Below, in pieces: positions 36,432-45,930 of a stretch of 64,000 bases of DNA. This stretch comes from a virus. Each line of letters opens with the position of its first letter. The stretch's first letter is position 1. The notes under the pieces were generated by a model, which was given only the letters and a program-made list of their open reading frames with translations, searched no databases and was not told the origin of the DNA. The stretch spans positions 1-64,000 of IMG/VR virus record IMGVR_UViG_3300008267_000780. One strand, 5' to 3'. Made by a program: the position numbers and the translations under genes.

Positions 36432-37171
36432 TGAGAACAAACATCAGTAAACAGTTAGGATTGCCCGTTGCTCCCCCAAGAGCAAAAGCCCCATCTATAG
36501 AAAAACAGTTGGGTTTTGTGGCCGAATATGATAAGTCTTTGGATTCAAGCAACTTGAATTTCTTTGCGGAAAATGACAAGTATTTTAATGCTTCAGGAGA
36601 AACAAAGAACTTTAATGAGTACTATAAAGGGAGTGAAGCCTCAGTGCGCTCTGTATTAGAGGGCTTAAAAATAAACACGTCTGAAGACTTGGACTATCTT
36701 GAATCTGAGAAAAAAAGATTTCAGGAAGGCAAGGCAACTTTAGAACGCGATATTAACGCCATCAAAATAAATCAAGCGCAAAAAGCATTTGGTACTCAAG
36801 CCTACACTCAGCGTGGAAAATATGTTTCTCAATTATGGTCCGTAGATAAAACAATCGAGGGAATTGACAAAAGAATTGCTGATGTCAAGGTTATTTTGGA
36901 GAAAAAAGCCGCAAAAGCGAAGGCTGATGCAGAAGCCGCTGCAGCGAAAATGAAAGCAGAGGCTGAAGCCGCAAAGCAGGCAAAAATTGCCGCGTTGAAA
37001 AAGCAGATTGCTGATTCAAAAGACCCAAGTGTAAAAAAACAACTTACTGACGAACTCACAGGACTTTTGCAAGAAGGAACTGAAGGGCTTAAATCAAACA
37101 AAATTGTTTTGATTGGTGGAGCCGTGGTTGTAATCGGTGTTTTGTATTACTTTTTTAGGAGCAAGCAATAA
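36431..37171 (+). CDS. coiled-coil virion membrane protein (C-terminal TM)
   Basis: YFNASG motif; Ala/Lys-rich coil; TM. Confidence 0.7.
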   Translation: MRTNISKQLGLPVAPPRAKAPSIEKQLGFVAEYDKSLDSSNLNFFAENDKYFNASGETKNFNEYYKGSEASVRSVLEGLKINTSEDLDYLESEKKRFQEGKATLERDINAIKINQAQKAFGTQAYTQRGKYVSQLWSVDKTIEGIDKRIADVKVILEKKAAKAKADAEAAAAKMKAEAEAAKQAKIAALKKQIADSKDPSVKKQLTDELTGLLQEGTEGLKSNKIVLIGGAVVVIGVLYYFFRSKQ

Positions 37172-37173
37172 TT

Positions 37174-37470
37174 ATGTCAATTCAATATCAAGGTGCGGGA
37201 TACGATTCATTCGATGAATTTATGACTGAAACAGGATTGGATAAAGATAATTTTGTTGACGCTAAGAAGTCAGCAAATACCTTTGGAATTAAGTTCAAAG
37301 AAACTTTCACCACTGAATTTAAAAACCAATTCACAGAGGCTCAAGACAGGGCAAAAAGATTGGATTCTAAGCCAAAGGTATTGAATCCTATTCCTAATAG
37401 CCTTTTGTATTTTGGATTGGTAACAGCGGGTATTTATTTGGCATATTCATTTATTTTCAAATCAGAATGA
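37174..37470 (+). CDS. membrane protein (C-terminal TM)
   Basis: LLYFGLVTAGIYLAYSFIF. Confidence 0.65.
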   Translation: MSIQYQGAGYDSFDEFMTETGLDKDNFVDAKKSANTFGIKFKETFTTEFKNQFTEAQDRAKRLDSKPKVLNPIPNSLLYFGLVTAGIYLAYSFIFKSE

Positions 37471-37979
37471 AGAAAAAACTATTAATTATTGGGGGTGCTA
37501 CAATTGTAGCCGCAATCGCGTTAAGGACGCTGTATAAGAACTTGTATTTGGCAGGTCAGTGGGATTTCAATATGGGGAGTTTTGGCGTTAAGTCATTCAA
37601 GCCCCTTGTTATCACACAAACAATTGACTTTATCAATAAAAGCAATTTGAAATTGACTGTTAAAAACATTAAAATAGGTGTTTACAGCAATAATATTAGA
37701 ATCGGTCAAATTGATAGGGCAAATGAGCAAACGATTGGTCCAAAAGGTATTTCCAAGTTTACCTTGGAATATGCTTTGACACCCACGTTGGGGAATCAAG
37801 CCGCCAAGGATGCAATCACTAAAGTTGCGTCAACGTATTTACAGACAAAAGACTTGCCTGTGGATTTCGTTGGGTCTCTTGACGTTAAAACACCTTTTGG
37901 ATTTGTGACCGTTCCCGTGAGATATTCTTCAACGGGGAAAAATTTATACAAATTGTGGTATGAATATATGAACGGATAA
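37467..37979 (+). CDS. membrane-anchored LEA_2/WHy-like protein
   Basis: TM, then FINKSNLKLTVKNI..VYSNNIRIG beta-sandwich pattern. Confidence 0.6.
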   Translation: MKKKLLIIGGATIVAAIALRTLYKNLYLAGQWDFNMGSFGVKSFKPLVITQTIDFINKSNLKLTVKNIKIGVYSNNIRIGQIDRANEQTIGPKGISKFTLEYALTPTLGNQAAKDAITKVASTYLQTKDLPVDFVGSLDVKTPFGFVTVPVRYSSTGKNLYKLWYEYMNG

Positions 37980-37983
37980 TTGC

Positions 37984-37991
37984 TATATTTG
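37984..37991 (+). promoter_or_regulatory. Bacteroidota -7 element
   Basis: TATATTTG 20 nt before ATG 38012. Confidence 0.45.
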
Positions 37992-38011
37992 AGCAATAGT
38001 TGTGTACATAT

Positions 38012-38389
38012 ATGAATATTAAAAAGGATTTTTTTAAAGGAGTTAGTCTTTACGCCACTGAATCTTCGGTTCAAGAATCAGAAGTTCAAGTGCGATTGAC
38101 TATTGGTCAGAGTGAATCTGAGCCTATCAATTATCAATGGTGCATTAATTGGCAGCCCAATCGTAATACGAATTATAACGAGGTTATGGGTCGCAAAATT
38201 ATCAATATCACTGAGGCTTTAGTGGCACCTATGTTGCATCAAGCAATGGTCAAGTGGGCAAGAACTCTTGACATTTCATTAGAAAATTTTAGTGGTTTCT
38301 TGTTCAAGAAAGACGATGTTATTGGTGTTGCTATCTACGATAAGACAACCCCAAAAAAATTATGTCCAATTGAAGAATTACTTGGATGA
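38012..38389 (+). CDS. hypothetical protein
   Basis: ORF coupled to the fibre gene. Confidence 0.65.
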   Translation: MNIKKDFFKGVSLYATESSVQESEVQVRLTIGQSESEPINYQWCINWQPNRNTNYNEVMGRKIINITEALVAPMLHQAMVKWARTLDISLENFSGFLFKKDDVIGVAIYDKTTPKKLCPIEELLG

Positions 38390-39267
38390 GCGTCAAAGTC
38401 GCAAGAAGTTCCCATTGGGTTATTAGGACTCTCGAGGGGAACGGTTTAGCCGTTTATTTAGGCGAAGACGATGTAATTTATGTAAAGGACCAAAACGGGT
38501 CCATACAGCCGTTAAAGGAACTTATTGGGTCCCTATCGGTGGATGTCCCTGAAGGTGGTTTTCAAAGTGGTACTTCAGGTACTTCGGGAAAAACAAATGG
38601 AACATCGGGTTCATCGGGAACGAGCGGTTCCAATGGGCAAGACGGAACGTCGGGTGAAAATGGATTGGACGGTACATCGGGGTCATCAGGTTCTTCAGGA
38701 AGTTCAGGAACAAGCGGCATTGACGGTTCGTCAGGCTCTTCAGGTTATAGCGGTGTGGATGGAAGTTCAGGAAGTTCGGGAACTTCAGGCGTAAATGGAA
38801 TCGATGGCTCATCAGGAACGAGCGGAAATGGCGGTACAAACGGAACGAGTGGTATCAATGGAACATCGGGCTCTTCAGGAAAAGATGGAGATATTGGGGC
38901 AAAGGGAAGCAATGGAACCTCAGGCTCTTCGGGGGTTTGCGGTTCTTCAGGTACGAGCGGTGTAGGATATTCATTTGAGCAAATTGATAGTCGGTCAAAG
39001 ACATTATTGGATTTTACAAAAAGTCAAATTCTTTTCCTAAATTTGAATAATAACACGACACTAAATTTTGCAGGTTTTCCTGTTGGAATATTTTATCTGA
39101 TAGTAAAGCAAGGTATTGGTAACTACAGTGTTACATTCCCTTATGTCCTTAAACAAGCAAAAGGGTTTGAATATGTTCCAAGCATTTTCCCGAATGCTGT
39201 AGATGTGTTACAATTTATGTGCGATGGCACATCATTTTATGTGATTGACTGCAAAAAAGAATACTAA
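38386..39267 (+). CDS. short collagen-like (G-S/T-S) fibre protein
   Basis: about 130 aa of Gly-X-Y between globular ends. Confidence 0.8.
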   Translation: MSVKVARSSHWVIRTLEGNGLAVYLGEDDVIYVKDQNGSIQPLKELIGSLSVDVPEGGFQSGTSGTSGKTNGTSGSSGTSGSNGQDGTSGENGLDGTSGSSGSSGSSGTSGIDGSSGSSGYSGVDGSSGSSGTSGVNGIDGSSGTSGNGGTNGTSGINGTSGSSGKDGDIGAKGSNGTSGSSGVCGSSGTSGVGYSFEQIDSRSKTLLDFTKSQILFLNLNNNTTLNFAGFPVGIFYLIVKQGIGNYSVTFPYVLKQAKGFEYVPSIFPNAVDVLQFMCDGTSFYVIDCKKEY

Positions 39268-40037
39268 TGACCACAAGCGTTTTAACCACGAGTTTAGCAA
39301 GGAACATAAATACCGTTGAAGGTAATGGTCTTTATATTTTCCTCGATGACTCGGATTATGTGTTAAAGTTAAAAGACGTTGATGGAAATATACAGCCTGT
39401 TTCAGACTTCGTAGGAAGTGGTGGAACAAGCGGTGGTGGTATTCAATCAATCAATGCCTTAACAGCGGCTGCTCAATTTTTGACAACGGGTACTTCGGGT
39501 AGTGATTTTGCCGTACAGTCTTCAGGGAATACACACACTTTCAATTTGCCTGATGCGAGTACGAGTGCACGCGGTGTGGTAAGTACGGGCCCTCAAAATA
39601 TTAAAGGTGTCAAAACATTTACGGACAACGCATTTTTTCAAGGGGATGTGGACATTTTGGGTACGCTCACAGCGGAAGCCAAATCGTTCTTGATTCCTCA
39701 CCCCGACCCCGATAAACAAGGGTGGGATTTACAACACGGAAACTTAGAAGGTGGTGAACACGCGATTTATTATCGAGGCCGCATTCAAGGGACAAATATG
39801 ATATATCTACCTTCATATTGGAAGTTTTTGGTTAGTCAACACAGCATCACGGTGCATTTGACAAGTGCCAAAGGCGACTTCAATTATTTCGTAGAAGATG
39901 TGACTTTAGAAAGTATTCGAATTGCAAAATCCGTAGGAGATTGGTTTTCCTACGATTGCTATTTCATAATTCACGCTGAACGACGAGATATTGGCAAATT
40001 GAAGGTGGAGATTACACCTCAAGAAAAGCAATATTGA
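39267..40037 (+). CDS. fibre/spike protein
   Basis: N-terminal domain shared with the previous gene; QNIKGVKTF and KSFLIPHP...LEG.EH..YYRG motifs of phage fibres. Confidence 0.7.
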   Translation: MTTSVLTTSLARNINTVEGNGLYIFLDDSDYVLKLKDVDGNIQPVSDFVGSGGTSGGGIQSINALTAAAQFLTTGTSGSDFAVQSSGNTHTFNLPDASTSARGVVSTGPQNIKGVKTFTDNAFFQGDVDILGTLTAEAKSFLIPHPDPDKQGWDLQHGNLEGGEHAIYYRGRIQGTNMIYLPSYWKFLVSQHSITVHLTSAKGDFNYFVEDVTLESIRIAKSVGDWFSYDCYFIIHAERRDIGKLKVEITPQEKQY

Positions 40038-42004
40038 TGAAAAGAATACTCCATTTAATACCTCACCTCAGTACGGGTGGGTGCCCCCAATTCGCTTACG
40101 ACTTATTAAGAAAAACCAAAGACACCACAGATGCTTATGTGGTGGAATATGCATTCATTGCTTGGGACTATGTCGTTCAAAGAAATCGAATTATTGATTT
40201 AATGAAAGACAGGTTTTACTCTTTGGGAGAACAGAAAGAGCAACTGTTTGACATTATTGATACGATTAAGCCTGATGTTATCCATATTCAAGAATTTCCC
40301 GAATATTTTATGGACGATGAAATTGCCCGTAAATTGTACGATAATAATCGGGAATATGTAATTGTAGAAACGAGTCACGACAGCGGGTTCAATCCCGCGA
40401 ATAAGCGTTTTTTCTCAGACCATTTAGCATTGATAAGCCAATGGCAAATTGATAAATTTAAAGATTACGATATCCCAATAACTCTATTGGAAAGTGACAT
40501 CGAATACAAAACCAAAACTCAAAATCAGAGAGAAGAAGGGTTGTTAAAACTTGGATTAGACCCAAAGAAAAAACACGTTTTAAACGTGGGGTTATGGACA
40601 AGCAGAAAAAACCAAGCGGAAGTCTTAGAGTACGCAAAAGAACTCGAAAGGTACCCTGACATAGAATTTCATTTTGTTGGAAATCAGGCCCCTAATTTCG
40701 AGAATTATTGGGGTCCACTGATTCACAATCTACCATCAAATGTGCAAGTTTGGGGAGAACGTAGTGATGTAAATAGTTTTTACGAGTGTATGGACCTGTT
40801 CCTGTTTACATCCCGAGGAACCAATGGCGATATGGAAACGAGCCCGTTGGTGCTAAGAGAGGCGACAGGGCACCAAATGCCGATATTGATGTATAACCTG
40901 CCTGTCTACCTCGATTACTACAACAAATTCCCGAATATCAAATATTTAACCGACTTCAAAACAAACGTAAATTTGATTTTGTCGCTATTAAAAATTCAAG
41001 AAGAATTCCCGAGCAAATTATTCAAATTTGATTACGGAATTACGGATAACAAAATCTTCATTAACTATCAAAAAGACAGCAAAATGGAGGTTTGGTTTTC
41101 AATATGCGATACCGACACAAAGCACGCAATTTATGCTTTCAAAGGAGAGTTTGAATACAAATCCTCAATGTGGGTAATTCCTATTCCGAAAGATGCTTTC
41201 GACAATATTTACAATTCAAAAGGAAATTTCAGAGGGTATGAAATATCTGTTTGGGACAGTTTGCAAGAAAACCAATTAGAGAGCGAAATTATTTGGTTAA
41301 ATAAGAATTTACCTATCCCAAATTATAAAGTATTCGAAACTAATCCTTGGAATTTCACTTGGTCCAACTACAATGAAATGTTCATTGATAAATATTATGA
41401 AAAAACAAACATCGTGGTTGGTAAGGTTTGCTTAGATATTGGGGCAAATGATGGTTTATTTACTGAATGGTTACTGAGCCAAGGTTCTGAAAAAATTTAT
41501 GCAATTGAATGCGACCCAAGATGCATAAAATTTTTAAATAAAAAATTCAATTCCAATAAAAATGTGACTGTAATAAACAAGGCTTTATGGAAGGAAAATC
41601 AAAACGAAATGAAACTTTATTACGTTGATGATACTTCGGTGTTTAGTAGTTTGAAAGAAGAGGGAAATTGTAAGGGTAAAAATTATTATGGTGTTTGCTC
41701 TTGGGATTTTACAACTTTGATTAGTAAACACAATATCAATAAAATAGACTTATTCAAAATAGATATTGAGGGCGCAGAATATGAGGTATTTGAATCGATG
41801 ACAAATGAGCAAGTTAATCAAATCAATTCATTCTTAATCGAAATACATTTAAACACTAACGGTCAAGTTTATAAAATAACGGACAGATTAAAAATGTTAG
41901 GTTATGAAATACAGTTCAGAGAGCATAAAAATAACAGTTTGATAAATAATGAATTGGATTGGAAAAATTATGAATGGGCTTATTTAACAGCAACTAAAAA
42001 ATAA
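40037..42004 (+). CDS. GT4 glycosyltransferase-FkbM methyltransferase fusion
   Basis: PHLSTGG, RKNQ, ETSPLVLREA; LDIGANDG, KIDIEGAE. Confidence 0.9.
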   Translation: MKRILHLIPHLSTGGCPQFAYDLLRKTKDTTDAYVVEYAFIAWDYVVQRNRIIDLMKDRFYSLGEQKEQLFDIIDTIKPDVIHIQEFPEYFMDDEIARKLYDNNREYVIVETSHDSGFNPANKRFFSDHLALISQWQIDKFKDYDIPITLLESDIEYKTKTQNQREEGLLKLGLDPKKKHVLNVGLWTSRKNQAEVLEYAKELERYPDIEFHFVGNQAPNFENYWGPLIHNLPSNVQVWGERSDVNSFYECMDLFLFTSRGTNGDMETSPLVLREATGHQMPILMYNLPVYLDYYNKFPNIKYLTDFKTNVNLILSLLKIQEEFPSKLFKFDYGITDNKIFINYQKDSKMEVWFSICDTDTKHAIYAFKGEFEYKSSMWVIPIPKDAFDNIYNSKGNFRGYEISVWDSLQENQLESEIIWLNKNLPIPNYKVFETNPWNFTWSNYNEMFIDKYYEKTNIVVGKVCLDIGANDGLFTEWLLSQGSEKIYAIECDPRCIKFLNKKFNSNKNVTVINKALWKENQNEMKLYYVDDTSVFSSLKEEGNCKGKNYYGVCSWDFTTLISKHNINKIDLFKIDIEGAEYEVFESMTNEQVNQINSFLIEIHLNTNGQVYKITDRLKMLGYEIQFREHKNNSLINNELDWKNYEWAYLTATKK

Positions 42005-42022
42005 ATTATTAAAATTAAATAT

Positions 42023-43786
42023 ATGACAAACATAGAAACCCCTTTATTTAGAGTAGAGTATGTAAAAGACGAAAACAAGATTTTTGTTTACTACAATGAG
42101 AAAAATCCAATTGATGTCAGTATTTCAGTAGCCGATATAGATTCAAAGCACGCGATTTACGCGTTTGATTCTCATTTCAGGGACTATTCAGGATGTTGGA
42201 ATGTTCCCGTTCCCTTGGGCGCATTGCATCACTACAATCGCACGGGATACTTCAGGGGATATGAGGTTTCTATTTACACTGCGGACAGAACTACGCTGTT
42301 GGAACAACATACAATTTGGTACAACGAAAATGCTCCAAAATTTGAGAGAGTTTTGTTCCCGACAGACCCTTGGAATTTGACGTGGATTAACTATACGGAA
42401 ATGTTTGTTGAAGACTTTTACAATCCACTCCAAATGAATATCAAAGGTGTATGCTTGGATATCGGGGCTAACGATGGACTGTACACCGAATATTTGCTGC
42501 GTAATGGAGCGGAAAGGGTTTATGCAGTAGAATGTGACCCTCGAAGCATTAAGTTTCTGAACAAGCGATTCAATGGCGACACAAGGGTTGTAATTGTTGA
42601 CAAAGGTTTATGGAATGCAAACCAAAACGGTGTAAAGTTAGCCTACAAAGAAGATACAAGCACTGTTTCATCCATCAAAACTGAAGTTCATCACTTCGAT
42701 GAAAACAATTATTTCTACATCGATACTTGGGATTATGCAACCCTAAAAAGCAAAATGAATATCAGCAAAGTAGATTTTTTCAAAATTGATATTGAAGGTG
42801 CGGAATATGAGGTTTTCGAATCAATGACCGATGATGACATTTGCGAAATTGAAGGTTTTATGGTTGAAATTCATTGGAACTCAAATGGTCGTATTTATGG
42901 TATCACCGATAGATTGCAAAGATTAGGATACTCAATCGAACTTCGCAGACACACCGTGGACAATGCTGTAATAGAGAACCGTGATGAATGGAAGGACTAC
43001 GACCTGTGCACATTCTACGCTTCAAAAAAAAAAGAACCTCGGAAGTTTAGTTTAGTCATTCATCACTTACAAACGACTCTGTTGACTGATGTTGAAAAGC
43101 AAAGTCGTGATAAAATTGATTTTCTAATTTATTTGTTGAAAAAAGATTCTCGTTTTAGTGAGGTCAAGTGGTATCGTCATATGAATGCTCCTTGGAAAGA
43201 ATTACCCACTACCGAAAATTGCAATAGACCAAATGCGGTGTCTATGGAACAATTTCCAAATGGCACGAATGAATATGGGCAAACTGCCCTAACACCTGCA
43301 CATTATGGTTGTTTTAGAGCATTCAATGATGCCATTCAGATGAAGTTCAATCAGGATTTTTCAGCAACAATGGTATTTGAGGGGGACGCGGACATTCAGG
43401 ATGTGAATCAATACATTGAATGCCTATATGCTGCATTGTGCGAGGCCGACAAAAATCAAATTGACTTCATTTCATTCGGAGGCGCGTATCATTTAGAAAC
43501 AGGCGATTTATTGGCGCATCCTGTAGAACGCATTGATGCTTTGCCTTTTGGGTGGATTTCGAAACACGTTCCTTTTGCGCATTCGATAATTATTCCTCAG
43601 AGATACATCAGACAGATGATGCACGCCTTTGCAAAGGAGCCTTGGGATGTTGCTGATTTATTTTTTATCAATCATTTTAATATGAATCCTGACAGAAGGC
43701 AATTTGTAAGTGAAATTCAACTCAGTCATCAAATTGATGGGTATTCACTAATTGACAAAAAGATTAAAAATTACTTAATCAAATGA
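42023..43786 (+). CDS. FkbM methyltransferase-GT-A (GT25-like) fusion
   Basis: LDIGANDG, KIDIEGAE; HYGC..AF, VFEGDA. Confidence 0.8.
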   Translation: MTNIETPLFRVEYVKDENKIFVYYNEKNPIDVSISVADIDSKHAIYAFDSHFRDYSGCWNVPVPLGALHHYNRTGYFRGYEVSIYTADRTTLLEQHTIWYNENAPKFERVLFPTDPWNLTWINYTEMFVEDFYNPLQMNIKGVCLDIGANDGLYTEYLLRNGAERVYAVECDPRSIKFLNKRFNGDTRVVIVDKGLWNANQNGVKLAYKEDTSTVSSIKTEVHHFDENNYFYIDTWDYATLKSKMNISKVDFFKIDIEGAEYEVFESMTDDDICEIEGFMVEIHWNSNGRIYGITDRLQRLGYSIELRRHTVDNAVIENRDEWKDYDLCTFYASKKKEPRKFSLVIHHLQTTLLTDVEKQSRDKIDFLIYLLKKDSRFSEVKWYRHMNAPWKELPTTENCNRPNAVSMEQFPNGTNEYGQTALTPAHYGCFRAFNDAIQMKFNQDFSATMVFEGDADIQDVNQYIECLYAALCEADKNQIDFISFGGAYHLETGDLLAHPVERIDALPFGWISKHVPFAHSIIIPQRYIRQMMHAFAKEPWDVADLFFINHFNMNPDRRQFVSEIQLSHQIDGYSLIDKKIKNYLIK

Positions 43787-45930
43787 GAATCGCACATATT
43801 CAACCAAGCGTAATTTCAGTCCCCCCAAATGGATGGGGGGCAATTGAAAAAATCATTTGGGAATACAAAATGGTTTTGAATCAGTTAGGACACGTCTGCG
43901 AAGTAGTCAATTTGCAAGATTTAAAGGCCGAAGAATGGGACGTTGTTCATTGCCATATGTTTGACCAAGCATTGTGGTTGGCCGAACAAAAAATCCCATA
44001 TTTCTATTCTCACCACGACCATCATTCGATAGTGTGGGGTGAAGAAAGTGCTAACTATCAATTAAATCTGAAAGCAATGAGACTTGCTGAGGTTGCCTTT
44101 GTTCACGCGAAAAGTAGTATTGAGGTCTTCAAAAATATCCCTTATTATTTGAGTCACGGTGTCAATACTGAATTCTTTAATTTTGTAGAGCCGAAAGGTA
44201 TTGATGAGCCAAATATTATTATTGTAGGAAACAATGGTTTGGCGGGGACTGAGAAAGTATTTGACCGAAAAGGATTCAGATATGCAATAGAGGCGGCACG
44301 TGAATTAAAGTGGTCAATTACTATGGTTGGCCCCAAAGCAACCCAAGAACAGTTTCTTAGGGAAAACCCTGATTTGCAGTATGAAAAATTAAGGTTGGTT
44401 TTTGATGCGGACGAAGAGCAGTTGAAGAAAGAACTACAGAATGCTCATTTAATGATTCACGCTACGTTTGTAGAGGCAGGTCATCCCCCTTTAACACCGT
44501 TGGAAGCAATGTCTTGCGGGGTCCCTGTAATTGGCACACCAATGGGTGACGATGTGCCTCAAATAGTATGTGAAAGAACTACCGAAAGCGTAGTGGAAGG
44601 AATTAAACAATTTGTATTTCAGAGACACGCATTAATTGAAGAAGCACGTCAAATTGCCGAAAATTACGATTGGAAAATTATTGTAGAAAATAATTTATTG
44701 AAATGGTATTTTGAGGTATTGGACCGAAACAATATGGCTAACACGGCCCGTAGAATTTACCATCAATCGACCATCAATAAAGTGCAAGACACTATGATGT
44801 TCAAGTATTTAGATGGTGCAAGGGTTGATTTGGTTGGCAGTAGCGACTTTAAATACAAATCAGAATTATTTATTCAAGACACTCAAGAAGTTATTTACGG
44901 TTGTGAAATAAAATGCGGGATGTTCGCACAATCTGCAAGAAAATATCATCGTAACTATGCTTGGAAAATCACAGATGAAAAGGGGAACGAATTCATTCAA
45001 CCTTACGATGCAAAAAACAAAAGGGTTTACGTGGCCATCGAAAGTTCAAGTTTAGGAGATTCCTTGGCTTGGATGCCGATTATAGAAGAGTTCAGATTGG
45101 TTCACTCCTGTAAATTGATTGTAAGCACTTTTTGGAACGATATGTTCAAGGATGCATATCCTGAAATTGAATTTATCAGGGCAGGTACACCCGTGAATAA
45201 TATTTACGCGATGTACAGAATAGGTTGGTATTATGAAAACGATGGATTGGATGTTCATTTTGGACATCATTCGAGGGATTTTCGCAAATTCTCACTGCAA
45301 GGTACGGCCTGTGATATATTGGGCTTGCCCGACATTGAAGTCAAACCCAAAATAAAAGAAGTTGAAGGTCAAAAATTCAATAAAAAATATGTGGTTATTG
45401 CACCTCACGCTTCGAGTCATTGCAAATATTGGCACAATGAAGAAGGATGGGCTAAAGTGGTCGAATTTTTAAACGACTTGGGATATGAAGTTTGGAACAT
45501 CTCAAAAGAGTCTGCATCAAGCGATTGGGAGAATTCTAAGTTGCCAAAAAACGCCTTAAAAAATGTAATTGATAAGACAGGAGACATACATATAGACGAA
45601 AGGATTTCTCAAATAAAATCCTCATCTTTGTTTATTGGATTAGGGAGCGGACTTTCGTGGTTGGCTTGGGCCTGTAGTACACCTGTTGTCCTAATAAGTG
45701 GTTTCTCAAGGCCTGTAAGCGAATTTACGGATTGTACCCGTGTCTTTAATCAAAATGTGTGTAATGGATGCTTTAACGATTACAGGCTTGATGCAGGTAA
45801 TTGGAATTGGTGCCCTAAATATGAAAATACTGACAAAATGTATGAATGCAGTAAGTCGATTACTCCTGAACAAGTAATTGATGCAATTAGGAAAACACTA
45901 AACAAGCACCAAACAGCACCCGATGGCTAA
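43783..45930 (+). CDS. GT4 domain fused to TibC/Aah-like O-heptosyltransferase
   Basis: GWGAIE, EAMSCG; SSSLGDSLAW, KYW, FIGLGSGLSWLAW, ISGFS.P..EF, iron-finger CNGC...WCP...EC. Confidence 0.85.
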   Translation: MRIAHIQPSVISVPPNGWGAIEKIIWEYKMVLNQLGHVCEVVNLQDLKAEEWDVVHCHMFDQALWLAEQKIPYFYSHHDHHSIVWGEESANYQLNLKAMRLAEVAFVHAKSSIEVFKNIPYYLSHGVNTEFFNFVEPKGIDEPNIIIVGNNGLAGTEKVFDRKGFRYAIEAARELKWSITMVGPKATQEQFLRENPDLQYEKLRLVFDADEEQLKKELQNAHLMIHATFVEAGHPPLTPLEAMSCGVPVIGTPMGDDVPQIVCERTTESVVEGIKQFVFQRHALIEEARQIAENYDWKIIVENNLLKWYFEVLDRNNMANTARRIYHQSTINKVQDTMMFKYLDGARVDLVGSSDFKYKSELFIQDTQEVIYGCEIKCGMFAQSARKYHRNYAWKITDEKGNEFIQPYDAKNKRVYVAIESSSLGDSLAWMPIIEEFRLVHSCKLIVSTFWNDMFKDAYPEIEFIRAGTPVNNIYAMYRIGWYYENDGLDVHFGHHSRDFRKFSLQGTACDILGLPDIEVKPKIKEVEGQKFNKKYVVIAPHASSHCKYWHNEEGWAKVVEFLNDLGYEVWNISKESASSDWENSKLPKNALKNVIDKTGDIHIDERISQIKSSSLFIGLGSGLSWLAWACSTPVVLISGFSRPVSEFTDCTRVFNQNVCNGCFNDYRLDAGNWNWCPKYENTDKMYECSKSITPEQVIDAIRKTLNKHQTAPDG

